DNA from: Spirochaetales bacterium
GTDB lineage: Bacteria; Spirochaetota; Spirochaetia; SZUA-6; JAFGRV01
DNA length: 64,000 nt
Assembly: GCA_016930085.1 (NCBI GenBank)
Contig: JAFGHO010000067.1
Coordinates: 1,041 to 65,040 of the forward strand
Reading direction: 5' to 3'
The position numbers and the translations under genes were made by a program. This document shows positions 46,859-56,883 of this stretch, in pieces. Numbering within the stretch: position 1 is the first letter of the stretch; each line of letters starts with the position of its first letter. A model generated the notes under the pieces. The model saw nothing but the letters and a program-made list of their open reading frames with translations. It was not told the origin of the DNA and searched no databases.

Positions 46859-47191
46859 TTGAAAGAAGATAGAAGTTTTCCGCGTGTAAAACTGGATGTC
46901 ATTCTTTCAAGCGTAAAAAATCAACAAATCCAGACCGAAAATGTGAGTCAAAACGGTATTTGTATCATCACTGCGGAACCGTACAGCAACGGGAAGTATT
47001 TGAGCAGGATGTTGATGCTTCCCGGCGGCGAAGAGATCAATGTTCTGGGAAAGGTAGTGTGGTGCAACCGGTTCAACAATTATTACAAAAGCGGGGTTGA
47101 GTTTATCAGCATCAACAGTAATGATCGTGAAAAATTAAGAAAATATATCAAGAAGATGATAAAGAAGGAGAAAGGAGTAGTCTGCCGCTAA
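46859..47191 (+). CDS. PilZ domain protein, paralog 3
   Basis: TTG at 46859 preceded by GGAGAGGAGG (8-nt spacer) gives MKEDRSFPRVKLD ... NVSQNGICI. The ORF track's ATG at 46826 is upstream of the RBS. Confidence 0.6.
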   Translation: MKEDRSFPRVKLDVILSSVKNQQIQTENVSQNGICIITAEPYSNGKYLSRMLMLPGGEEINVLGKVVWCNRFNNYYKSGVEFISINSNDREKLRKYIKKMIKKEKGVVCR

Positions 47192-47384
47192 TTCTATCCG
47201 GGAAGAAATTCCGGATAACGGGATGGTTGCCGCGGATGGATTTCCACCGCCGAATCCAGGGCAACTCACAACAGGATGCAATGTCCGACCGAAATCCCGG
47301 GGTTGGCTTATAAAGCGGTTTTTTCAACCGGGGCAGCCAACCCCTTTTTTACATACGATACTTCCGTTTACCCGCGATACACCG

Positions 47385-48341
47385 CTATTTTATATTTTTT
47401 ACCGTCTCATCTTCCTGCAGCCTGCCCGTGACTAACCTGTTGACGACCGTCATGGCAATAATGATGAGAAAGACGAGGAGGGTGATGGCGCTTCCCTTCC
47501 CGTATCGCTGGGCCCGCTGGAGGAGCCACATGATGTAGAATGCCGATGTAAGTCCCGCGCTTCCCGTTCCCCCCATGTTGAGGTATCCGCCGGTGAGCAT
47601 GTACGGATCGTCGAAAAGCTGCATCCCCCCAATAATACTCAGCGTGACTGCAAAGAAAATAATCGGTATAAGCAGCGGGAGTGTGATGTATATATGTTTC
47701 TGAAGGGTGTTCGCCCCGTCTATCTCGACAGATTCATACAACTCTTCCGGAATCGCCTGAAGTCCGGCAAGGTAAATGACCGTATTCCACCCGATATACC
47801 GCCAGTTTACCATGATCGCTATCGAGGGCTTTATATACTCCTTGTTCCCCAGCCAGTCGATTCGCGGTAACCCGATCGCCTCGAAAACATAGTTGAGAAG
47901 GCCGAAATTGTTTCCGAAAACGTAATTGAAGATAATGGCGACGGAAACGGCGCTTGTTATAAAGGGGAGGAAATAGGCCGTTTTAAAAAAATCCCTTCCC
48001 TTGAGCGTCTTGTTGTTGAGGATAATCGCCAGGGGAATCGCGATTATGTGCTGTGTAAACGAACCGAAAAGAAGCAGCCACCCTGTATTATAGAGGGATT
48101 GCCAGAAAAATTTGTCTTCAAAGAGAAGCTGTCCGAAATTCCTGAGTCCGACAAACTCCATCGGTCCCATGCCGCTCCATTTTTGAAGGGAAAGGAAAAA
48201 CGCGAAAATATTCGGGAAGAATCCGAATATCAGGTAAAGAAGGACGAAGGGGGATAAAAAAAGATACGGCGCAAGGTGCTGCTGATTGAGACTCAATCTG
48301 GCAAGCAATCTCGGCACACGAATGGTTTGTTTTTTTTTCAT
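47385..48341 (-). CDS. Carbohydrate ABC transporter permease (MalF/UgpA-type)
   Basis: 6-TM permease with EAA-loop region (ELYESVEIDGANTLQKHIYITLPLL). Confidence 0.85.
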   Translation of the reverse strand: MKKKQTIRVPRLLARLSLNQQHLAPYLFLSPFVLLYLIFGFFPNIFAFFLSLQKWSGMGPMEFVGLRNFGQLLFEDKFFWQSLYNTGWLLLFGSFTQHIIAIPLAIILNNKTLKGRDFFKTAYFLPFITSAVSVAIIFNYVFGNNFGLLNYVFEAIGLPRIDWLGNKEYIKPSIAIMVNWRYIGWNTVIYLAGLQAIPEELYESVEIDGANTLQKHIYITLPLLIPIIFFAVTLSIIGGMQLFDDPYMLTGGYLNMGGTGSAGLTSAFYIMWLLQRAQRYGKGSAITLLVFLIIIAMTVVNRLVTGRLQEDETVKNIK

Positions 48342-48351
48342 TCGGTTCCTC

Positions 48352-49209
48352 CTATCCTTTCAGGCTTCCCGCGAGAAAATTGGAGATGATTTTTTTCGAG
48401 AAAAGAATGAAGACAAGCAGAAGCGGGATAATCGCCAGCGCGTTTCCGAGCATTTTGGCCCCGTAGCCCTGACCCGCGATTTCCGCTTTCAACTGAAACG
48501 CGGAGAGTGCGGGCGGTATCGTTCTCATTTCTTCTTTTGTCAGCATGAGAAGGGCCCAGAGAAAATTGTTCCATGAGCCGACAAAGGTTATCGTTCCCAG
48601 AACCGCGATACCCGGCATCGAAAGGGGGAACCCTATTTTCAGGAGAATCCAGAACTCGTTCAGGCCGTCGATCCGGGCCGCGTCCATCAGGTCCGACGGT
48701 ACCGTTGTCGTGATGAACTGTGTCATGAGGAAAATGCCGAAGGCGTTCGCCATGCCCGGAATGAACATTGGCCAGTAGGTGTTGAGCCACCCGAACCAGA
48801 GCATGAGTCTGTATGCAGGAATAATTCCGAGGAGTGGGGGAATCATAAGGGTAAGCAATATAAAGGAAAAGAAAAACGACTTTCCCTTGAAATTATATTT
48901 TGCCAGGGCGAATCCGCCCATCGTACAGAAAAATATAACCGTCGATGTCTGCAATACGGCGATAATGACACTATGGAAAAAATTGAGGGCAAAGGGTATC
49001 TGTTCGAAAAGGATACCCCAGTTGACGAGAAGTTTGTCACCGGGAGTGAATGGGGGCGGGATACTGAATATGGTTTTGAGGTCCCTGGTCGCGAGAATAA
49101 AAACATCATAAAAGGGAAATGCGAAAATGACGAGAAGCAGCGTGAGAAAGATGTATAAAATGGTCCTTCGTATGTAAAATCCTGTTTTCCTCAATAACAT
49201 GTTCTTCAT
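48352..49209 (-). CDS. Carbohydrate ABC transporter permease (MalG/UgpE-type)
   Basis: EAA loop DLMDAARIDGLNEFWILLKIGFPL. No substrate-binding protein or ATPase gene adjacent. Confidence 0.85.
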   Translation of the reverse strand: MKNMLLRKTGFYIRRTILYIFLTLLLVIFAFPFYDVFILATRDLKTIFSIPPPFTPGDKLLVNWGILFEQIPFALNFFHSVIIAVLQTSTVIFFCTMGGFALAKYNFKGKSFFFSFILLTLMIPPLLGIIPAYRLMLWFGWLNTYWPMFIPGMANAFGIFLMTQFITTTVPSDLMDAARIDGLNEFWILLKIGFPLSMPGIAVLGTITFVGSWNNFLWALLMLTKEEMRTIPPALSAFQLKAEIAGQGYGAKMLGNALAIIPLLLVFILFSKKIISNFLAGSLKG

Positions 49210-49311
49210 CGATTACTCCTTAATGGCATTAAGGTTTTGATGCGCGTCGATTTCAAGTATAGCATAAACGATATCGTATGGCCAGATCATTTTACTTAAA
49301 AATATTTTATC

Positions 49312-52300
49312 CTATTTTATGTCGATTTTTTCCTGGCCTTCCCAATCCTCCGGCACCCCCGTTTCGGCGTATTCTCTCGCGCGGTCCCGGTACAACCGGG
49401 CCGCCCTGTCGTATGAATCGATGTCGAGAACGGAATCGAAATATTTCTCCGCGAGGACGAAGTCCCTGCTCAAATAGGCGAGAAGGCCTTTTTCAAAGAA
49501 ATCCTTGGTTTTCTGTTTGATCTGCCCGCTTTCGCTGTTATCGAAGATTTCATAGATGGGAACCGAATCGCGCTTCCCCTTTACCTGCACATGCCCCAGG
49601 AAGCGGTAAAAATAAATGCTCGGGTCCTGGAGTGAAAAAAAGATCGATGAACTGATGATGATCGAACCGCCGTACGCCTTTGTCAGGGCCTCGAGGCGCG
49701 CGGCGACATTGACCGAGTCCGAGATAACCGTGCCTTCGATCCGGTATTCGTCGCCGATTGTGCCGAGCATGATCGGACCGTTATGAATCCCGATGCCGAT
49801 CTGGATCGGCGAATATTTCGATTTGACGCGGAATGTGTTGTACGTGGCGACCATCTTTTTCATTTCGAGCGCCGCCTTCAGGGCGTCTTCGGGATTGCCG
49901 GGAAAAATCGCCATGATCCCGTCCCCGATGTACTTGTCGATGTAGCCGTTGTATTTTCGTATCGACGGGCCCATTTTCTCGAAATAGGAGTTGAGAAAAT
50001 TGAAATTCTGTTTCGGCGACATGCTTTCGGAAAGCGACATAAACGAGCGTATATCGCAGAACATGATCGTCATATCTCGCTGGATCTGGTCGCCACGTTC
50101 CACCTCGACGATCGAATCACGGCCGAGAAGGCGAAGAAACCCGTTCGGAACGAACCTGCTGTAGGCGATATTGATCTTGGCGAGCTGGACGTGGGTTTTT
50201 ATCCGCGCGATCAATTCCGATTTGTGAACCGGCTTCGAGATGTAGTCGTTGGCCCCGGCGGACAGACCCTCGACGAGGTCCGATACGAGGTTTTTCACCG
50301 TAAAAATGATAATCGGCAGCTGATGTTTTTCGAATTTCTCCCTGATCTTTTTGCAGACGAGATACCCCGACATTCCGGGCATCATGACATCGAGGAGAAC
50401 AATATCGAAGGTGTCTTCCTGAAGCCGCTTGAGGGCGTCTTTTCCGCTCAAGACATGGACGAGTTCGAACTGATCCGGATCGAGCTGGGTCTTGATGACC
50501 TCATGGTTCACCTGTTCGTCGTCGACGATGAGGACCTTTATCGCTTTTGCCGTAAGAACGAGGGTTTCGGTATCTTCGACCGGAATCAGGTCGCCCTCGT
50601 ATTCGCTCATATCGACGAACCGGGAGGCCTTTATCTCATCCTCCTCCCGTTGCTGGACCTTGCTTATGGGAATGGAAAAGGTAAACGAAGAACCCCTCCC
50701 CACGACGGAATCGACGGTTATCGCGCCGCCCTGGAGTTCGATGAGCTGTTTTGTAATCGAAAGGCCGATGCCCGTTCCTCCGTACGGCCGCGAGAGGCTC
50801 GTGTCGACCTGTTCGAATGATTCGAATATACGGTCGAGCTTGTCCGGCGGAATCCCGATACCCGTATCGGTGACGGTAATAAAGGCTTCCGAACCTCTTT
50901 GTTCAGCGGAAACGGTGATCCTGCCCGATTCCGTGAATTTGATCGAATTACCGATCAGGTTGTGCATTATCTGCTGCAGCCGCGTTTCGTCGCCATAAAC
51001 AAAAGGGAAATCCTTCGGGATATTGTTTTCAAGCGAAATATCCTTCTGCGCGACCATTGGCCGCGAAAACACGAATACCACGTCGCATACCTCCCGCAGA
51101 TCGACCGGTTTTTTCTGAATCACCAGTTCTTTCTTTTTCATTTTCGAGAAATCGAGAATATCGTTCACCAGATTGGCGAGTCTCCTGCCGCTCGATATGA
51201 TCAGTGATATGGTCCTTGCCTGTGTGTCATTAAGTTTTCCGCTTGTCCCTTCATAAAGCGATTCGGCCAGTCCGATTATCCCGTAGAGGGGGGTGCGAAG
51301 CTCGTGGCTGGTGTTCGCGAGGAAGGCGTCCTTGAGTTTGTCAAGAGAAACGAGTTTTTCCGAAAGCCGTTCGACCGATGTCAGGGCTTCGAGGAAACGA
51401 AGCGAGAGAAGCACCGACTGGAAGAAAATGAATATAAACAGACCTACGGAAAGAAAGTAACCGATTTTCAGAATATTGAAATAATAGAGGATATCATTGA
51501 CCGCCGTCGCGAAGAAAATGAGAAATCCGATGAGAAAAATCAACGCACCTTTGTGTTTTTTTGCGATACCGATGAGGAGCCCCGCGATAATCGCCATTCC
51601 CACCGCGATGATGCAGAGCTGATAGAACGGCATGATTTCCGAATACACGTGAACCGGAAGCAGTACGACCGAAAAACTGAAGAGGCCGCTTATTCCCATG
51701 AAGACATAGTTCAGGTACCTGTACCATGTATACGGATAGAGGGAGTGAAAATAGAGAGAAAAGCAGACGGCGGCAGCCGGCACGGTGAGGAATTCTGTGG
51801 CCAGCAGGAAATGGTACAAACCGGGAAACATGGTATAAAGAAACCGTTCGCCCATTAAAATGGTTCTCAGACTCAAGGACAGGCAGAAAAGCCCGAAAAA
51901 GAGGGGCCCCTTTTCCTTTTTTCTCAGAAAAAAGAGGGCAAGATGATACAGCCCCATAATGAGAAAACTCCCGAAAAGAATCATTTCCATGGCAAGATTA
52001 CGGGAACGCAGCTGTTCGATCTGTATTTTCCGTCCCATGACAATCGGTGTAAAACCGCCGTGCCTGTCGCTGAAATTGCTGATTTGAAGAATAATGGTAA
52101 ACCCGCTGCGCTGCGGCGTAAAATATTCGGCCCGCGGAAGAATATCCGGTTTGTGTGTTTCCGCCGTGGTACCGATCGTTCCGCTCTGGATCAGAAGTAT
52201 ATCGTCGATATAAAGGCGGTAGGCGGTATCGATCTCCTTGACGTATATTCCGATGAGTCCGATACCGGCTTTGTGATCGACCCTCATTCTGAATGTCGCG

Positions 52301-52605
52301 CAACCGAATACCGGATAGATTTTTTTTATATCTTTCTGTTCGTTCCAGAATCCCGGGCCATGGAAATAGCCGGTCATCTGCGGTCTTTCTCCTCCGGTAA
52401 AATCTCCGGGTGAAAGCAGTCGGTTCCAGTAGAACTCCCATTCTCCTTTCAGCGATACGGGGCTGTCCATATTGAAATCGATATTTTGAAGGTCAAGGAC
52501 CCCCCGTTGCGCTTCAATATCTTCCCCGATACCGGAATCGCATCCGGAAAACGCAAGGAATATGAGGATTACGGGAAGAAATATGACGAGATTCCCCTTA
52601 TTCAT
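49312..52605 (-). CDS. Multidomain sensor: periplasmic 7TMR-DISMED2 + 7TM-DISM, histidine kinase, receiver, class III adenylate/guanylate cyclase
   Basis: Lipobox and signal peptide. GEWEFYW-type DISMED2 start, 7 TM helices. HisKA H-box (NTSHELRTPL). HATPase (GIGIP...GGTGIGLSI). REC (VLIVDDE...VLLDVMMPG). CHD cyclase (MFCDIRSF...YIGDGIMAIFPG). ATG at 52605 with G-rich RBS; the ORF track's TTG at 52623 is less likely. Confidence 0.85.
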   Translation of the reverse strand: MNKGNLVIFLPVILIFLAFSGCDSGIGEDIEAQRGVLDLQNIDFNMDSPVSLKGEWEFYWNRLLSPGDFTGGERPQMTGYFHGPGFWNEQKDIKKIYPVFGCATFRMRVDHKAGIGLIGIYVKEIDTAYRLYIDDILLIQSGTIGTTAETHKPDILPRAEYFTPQRSGFTIILQISNFSDRHGGFTPIVMGRKIQIEQLRSRNLAMEMILFGSFLIMGLYHLALFFLRKKEKGPLFFGLFCLSLSLRTILMGERFLYTMFPGLYHFLLATEFLTVPAAAVCFSLYFHSLYPYTWYRYLNYVFMGISGLFSFSVVLLPVHVYSEIMPFYQLCIIAVGMAIIAGLLIGIAKKHKGALIFLIGFLIFFATAVNDILYYFNILKIGYFLSVGLFIFIFFQSVLLSLRFLEALTSVERLSEKLVSLDKLKDAFLANTSHELRTPLYGIIGLAESLYEGTSGKLNDTQARTISLIISSGRRLANLVNDILDFSKMKKKELVIQKKPVDLREVCDVVFVFSRPMVAQKDISLENNIPKDFPFVYGDETRLQQIMHNLIGNSIKFTESGRITVSAEQRGSEAFITVTDTGIGIPPDKLDRIFESFEQVDTSLSRPYGGTGIGLSITKQLIELQGGAITVDSVVGRGSSFTFSIPISKVQQREEDEIKASRFVDMSEYEGDLIPVEDTETLVLTAKAIKVLIVDDEQVNHEVIKTQLDPDQFELVHVLSGKDALKRLQEDTFDIVLLDVMMPGMSGYLVCKKIREKFEKHQLPIIIFTVKNLVSDLVEGLSAGANDYISKPVHKSELIARIKTHVQLAKINIAYSRFVPNGFLRLLGRDSIVEVERGDQIQRDMTIMFCDIRSFMSLSESMSPKQNFNFLNSYFEKMGPSIRKYNGYIDKYIGDGIMAIFPGNPEDALKAALEMKKMVATYNTFRVKSKYSPIQIGIGIHNGPIMLGTIGDEYRIEGTVISDSVNVAARLEALTKAYGGSIIISSSIFFSLQDPSIYFYRFLGHVQVKGKRDSVPIYEIFDNSESGQIKQKTKDFFEKGLLAYLSRDFVLAEKYFDSVLDIDSYDRAARLYRDRAREYAETGVPEDWEGQEKIDIK

Positions 52606-52997
52606 CGACGGCACCCCCCTCAAACACTCTTACTATTGTATCGACTAAAAAAAAAAGAAAAAGCAGTCATTGTTTGTCAGTAAGGTAATAAAAAAACCGG
52701 TATCCGGCGAGCTATAGCATCTGCTTTTGTATCGCCAAAAGATTCATCCGCGTGACGGTTACGGTTCATAGTATAGTTCAGCCTGGGATGAATTTCAAAT
52801 TAAAAACCGGTCCGGGATATTCCGCCGGAACGGCCGCCCCGTTATCCTCCGTCTGTTTTCATACGGGAGAAACGCCCGGTTGCCGGACGGACGGCAACCG
52901 GGCTTCAAACGAGATCGTGAGTACCCCTTTGCCCCTTGACTTTCAGGTGTCGCGGGATTTACAATTGATGGTATGATGCGTCATAAGGAGGTCGTGT

Positions 52998-53516
52998 ATG
53001 AGTGACGATTATTCCCCGCCTGAAGGGATGAATGAGGGGGAAACCGTTCCGGCGGGCCGGTTATCATCGAAAAAACAATCGAGTCTCGTTCTCAATATCA
53101 TCATGATCGTTATCGGTCTTGTTTTCTTTTCAAAAGGCGTCCTCGAGTTTCTTGCCTGGCTCAAGGTTTTTCCACTGCCGGACTGGCTCAAGACGATCGC
53201 CATATCACTCGACAGCCGTGATATGGGGAACGCACTTTCGTTTCTGGGCACGCAGGGTATTATTTCAGCCACGCTGGGATTCTGGGCCGTAATCGCCGGA
53301 TTTCTCATGTTCGGGGAACAGGAGTCGGGATGGGGGATGGCGCTCGTTATCCTGAGTATCATGGTCGTGATGAGTGTGTCGGCGGTTCTCACCTGGATTC
53401 TCAATCCGAAAACACTCGATCTCGCCTACTGGCCGAACTGGATCACGATGGTCGCGATCGCAATCGGCCTGTTCGGGTTCATCTACCTGCTCGCGACAAA
53501 AAAACGGTACAGCTGA
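52998..53516 (+). CDS. Hypothetical membrane protein (4 TM)
   Basis: RBS AAGGAGG. Four hydrophobic helices. No known domain. Confidence 0.5.
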   Translation: MSDDYSPPEGMNEGETVPAGRLSSKKQSSLVLNIIMIVIGLVFFSKGVLEFLAWLKVFPLPDWLKTIAISLDSRDMGNALSFLGTQGIISATLGFWAVIAGFLMFGEQESGWGMALVILSIMVVMSVSAVLTWILNPKTLDLAYWPNWITMVAIAIGLFGFIYLLATKKRYS

Positions 53517-53560
53517 CGTTTATCGAAAAGACGATAAGCGACTGATACATTTTTTCTATC

Positions 53561-54403
53561 GTGTTTCGGATGAAAGCCATACAAAGGCTGATGTTATATT
53601 GTTTATCCCTCCTGCTTCTCGTCGTCATCGGTTTTGTCGACAGGGTCACCGGATATGAAATATCTTTCTCGATATTCTATCTGATGCCGATCGTCATATC
53701 GAGCTGGTATCTGGGAATGCTGCCCGGAATTGTTTTTGCGGCAGCAAGCGCTGTCGTCTGGCTCGTCGTCGATATCTCGGGTAATACCGCGTATTCCTTC
53801 CCGCTGATACCATATTGGAATATGTTCGTCCGCCTCGGCTTTTTTTTCATTATCAGTATCATGCTTTCGAGACTCAAAAAAGCCATGGACAGGGAGCGGG
53901 AACAGTCGCACATCGATTTTCTGACACGGGCTTTGAATTTGCGGTCGTTTATGGAAACTTCCGCACGTGAACTCCATCGCATGAGAAGGTATCGTCGTCC
54001 CGTAACGCTGATATATCTGGATTGCGATAATTTCAAGGCCGTCAATGACCGGTTCGGGCATCAAACCGGAAATTCCCTCCTCCAGAATGTCGCAAGGACG
54101 ATAGGGGAAAATACGCGTGCAACCGACGCGTTCGCCCGCCTCGGCGGCGATGAGTTCGCGATCCTGCTGCCGGAAACGGACCAAGAGGTCGCCCTCGGGC
54201 TGGCAGGCCGTCTTTCCGGGGCATTGGAGGAATGCATGAATGAAAACGAGTGGCCGGTAACGTTCAGCCTCGGTATCGCGACCTTCAGAAGCGCTCCGGA
54301 GGATGCGGAAGCGATGTTGAGGGCCGCGGACAACCTTATGTACGAGGCGAAGAACCGGGGCAAAAACGGAAGCGTCGACAGGGTTTTCGACGAACAGAAA
54401 TAA
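53561..54403 (+). CDS. Membrane-anchored diguanylate cyclase (GGDEF)
   Basis: 3-4 N-terminal TM helices, then GGDEF domain with intact RLGGDEF active site and substrate-binding NDRFGH. Confidence 0.8.
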   Translation: MFRMKAIQRLMLYCLSLLLLVVIGFVDRVTGYEISFSIFYLMPIVISSWYLGMLPGIVFAAASAVVWLVVDISGNTAYSFPLIPYWNMFVRLGFFFIISIMLSRLKKAMDREREQSHIDFLTRALNLRSFMETSARELHRMRRYRRPVTLIYLDCDNFKAVNDRFGHQTGNSLLQNVARTIGENTRATDAFARLGGDEFAILLPETDQEVALGLAGRLSGALEECMNENEWPVTFSLGIATFRSAPEDAEAMLRAADNLMYEAKNRGKNGSVDRVFDEQK

Positions 54404-54434
54404 AACGGGGACGGTCCTGGACCGCCGCGGCGGT

Positions 54435-56747
54435 TTACCGGTACACGATGACCTCGCGGGCGGCCGGTGTGAACCTGCAGCTGCCGGAACGGCTCACTTC
54501 GATTTCAGTCCCGTCGACAAAGGCCCTGCTCATGAAAAAAGGAATCGAAAACTCGATATACTCCGGCTGGGAGGAATAGTGGTTGTCGAGTGAGAGGATG
54601 ATCCGGTCGGATTTCGCTTCAATGATAAAGGCGATGGTCCCGAAATGACTCGGCGCGTCGGCCACCTCGATGAGCTCTCCCGCCTCCATCCAGCGGTGGT
54701 AGACCAGCGGTGTAATCACCAGCCCCCCTTCTTCCTCGAAGAAGAGGAAGTTGCGTATAAGATGGAGAAGTTCCGCGCACGCCCACCCGTGGTGGCCGTC
54801 TCCCATGCACCCCCCGCCGGTGACCGGATGTATCGCTTCAGGGAAGCTTCCGGTTCCGGTGATGGTATCCATAAGCCACTGGAGAATCGGATGAAGACGG
54901 GTGGAGCGGCGAAAAAGATAGCATTCGGCGATCTGGAGGGTGAGATAGACATTATAACCCGAATGAATGACCCGGTGGAAAAATGCCTGTTTCTGCTGGT
55001 AATTTTTTCTGAGAACATGAAGCGTCCCCGTTAGCCGGTCGTCACGGGGCTCGAGAAGCCTCAACGGGTAGAGGGCGACGATGGCCCCCACGATGGAGCT
55101 GTCGATATCCCTGTTCGGCGAGGAAGGGATAAGCGGAAAGGGATATTTGTGCTGTGTTTTTTCGATTGAAGAAAATATCGCTTTTTCATAATCGTCGATT
55201 TCCCGCCGTACTTCTTCGACGGCCTTCGATTTTTCGAGTTCGGCCGCGATGGCGAGAAAGCTTTTGCATCCCGCCAGCGCCCAGAAATTATCCCAGTAGA
55301 AGGTATCGTTCGGTCCGAAGTGCTCGGCGGAATAGCCGGGGGGGAGCAGCCCGTTTTTCTTTACCCGTTTCCGCTTTATCCAGTGAAAACCGGCGTACGC
55401 CGAATCATAGATATCCTCGAGAAAGCCCCTGTTTCGCGTATAGCGATAGTGCTCGTAATACGTCCAGAGCGCCTGGCCGTTCGAATCCCATTCGCCTTCC
55501 TGGGACATGAAATACCCGTCGGGCCGCTGGCGTTCCGGGTATGCCTTGAGAATTCGCTCCGTTTCCGCGTGAAACCCCATCTTGTCGAGGGCGGTCAGCA
55601 TATACGCGTCGTCCCTGAACCATTGATGATGGTAGGTGTACGGGCCGGGCGTGATCGAGGTGCCGTCGATAAAAAGATAGAGGTGCGCCTTGTTACCGTT
55701 GAAGGTATTCTGCATTTTTTGATACGGCAGCCGGATTCGTATGCTTTTCGCCAGGCGGTGTTCCCATTCGGTGATGACCCGCCGCTTGATCTCCTGATAC
55801 GGAAGGATATCGATGAGGGTCCGGTCGACAGTACGGGAGGGCGCAGGCGCCGCCGTCGCACGGACTTCGATTTCCTTCACTTCACCGGCCTCGAGGTCCA
55901 GCCTGTATTCCGCGAAGGCGGATGCGAGACCGTGTTTGCACGAGACCGCGGTTCTCCCGCGGTCGGAAAAGGCCTCCCATGACGTATCGCCGTCATCCTG
56001 GTTGGAGCAGTACACCCTGTCCGGTTTGTCGAGGAGAAAGAGTCCGTCATTGCCGTCGACTGAGAATATATTCCTTTCTTCATCGTATTCGATACGATGG
56101 ACGAGCGATATACCTTCGGGATTGTAGGGTCTGATATTGACGAATATCGATACCGAAACGTTCTGCGTATCGAGGTTCTCGACGCTGATCGAATTGGAGA
56201 TGATCTGGCGGCCTTCGTGTTTGTGGACAAAGACCTTTGTCCGGATGCGGAGGTCCTTTTTGACGAACTGGGACACGACGATCGGCAATTGTTTAACAAG
56301 GTACTGGTAGACCTCCTGGTTTTTCGACGGGACGACCAGGTACCCCTTTTTCCCCACCCAGAAATCGGTCGACCAGGAATCGTACCACGGGGTGAGGAGT
56401 CCGGTGGGATCGACGATCGGTTCCCGTTCGGAATCGAGCGCCCCGATCGCGGTCCAGTTTCTGTGGGTGAGGTTGATCGAGAGGACGGTCCCGGGGACGT
56501 AGCTGGTGCCCGCCTCGTCGTACTGCCGCTGGACCCAGTACGGAAGGACCCAGTCGAGGTTGCACTGGATCGCGAACATGTTGAGCAGACCGCGGGAGGC
56601 GACGTCGACGCTGATCGCGGCGATCTCTTTCGGGATCGCGATCTCGGTGCTTTCTCCCAGCTTGAAACTTGCGTCGATGCGCTTCAGGGCATCGATGAGT
56701 CCGTAATGTTCCGCGAGTTTTTTAAGAAAAAAGGATCGTATTCCCAC
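54435..56747 (-). CDS. Putative (alpha/alpha)6-barrel glycoside hydrolase (GH15/GH63/GDE-like)
   Basis: 770 aa. YHHQWFRDDAYM resembles the WxRD motif of GH15-type barrels. Apparent GTG start. Family not resolved. Confidence 0.45.
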   Translation of the reverse strand: MGIRSFFLKKLAEHYGLIDALKRIDASFKLGESTEIAIPKEIAAISVDVASRGLLNMFAIQCNLDWVLPYWVQRQYDEAGTSYVPGTVLSINLTHRNWTAIGALDSEREPIVDPTGLLTPWYDSWSTDFWVGKKGYLVVPSKNQEVYQYLVKQLPIVVSQFVKKDLRIRTKVFVHKHEGRQIISNSISVENLDTQNVSVSIFVNIRPYNPEGISLVHRIEYDEERNIFSVDGNDGLFLLDKPDRVYCSNQDDGDTSWEAFSDRGRTAVSCKHGLASAFAEYRLDLEAGEVKEIEVRATAAPAPSRTVDRTLIDILPYQEIKRRVITEWEHRLAKSIRIRLPYQKMQNTFNGNKAHLYLFIDGTSITPGPYTYHHQWFRDDAYMLTALDKMGFHAETERILKAYPERQRPDGYFMSQEGEWDSNGQALWTYYEHYRYTRNRGFLEDIYDSAYAGFHWIKRKRVKKNGLLPPGYSAEHFGPNDTFYWDNFWALAGCKSFLAIAAELEKSKAVEEVRREIDDYEKAIFSSIEKTQHKYPFPLIPSSPNRDIDSSIVGAIVALYPLRLLEPRDDRLTGTLHVLRKNYQQKQAFFHRVIHSGYNVYLTLQIAECYLFRRSTRLHPILQWLMDTITGTGSFPEAIHPVTGGGCMGDGHHGWACAELLHLIRNFLFFEEEGGLVITPLVYHRWMEAGELIEVADAPSHFGTIAFIIEAKSDRIILSLDNHYSSQPEYIEFSIPFFMSRAFVDGTEIEVSRSGSCRFTPAAREVIVYR

Positions 56748-56883
56748 TGCTTTTATGAGGTCATAAAACGTTCAGAATGTCAAGCGGGCGGAACCGGAAG
56801 CGGCGGTTTTGGAGAATATCAATGGGTCGGGACTTGCCCGCCCGGCCGGTTTTCCCGGCGGGCGGGCAATATATCGGTCTCAA

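Noticed and set aside
49783-52413. Plus-strand ORFs of 100-345 aa (49783, 50492, 50899, 51304, 51943)
   Set aside because: Antisense to the well-supported 7TMR-DISM/HK/REC/cyclase gene.
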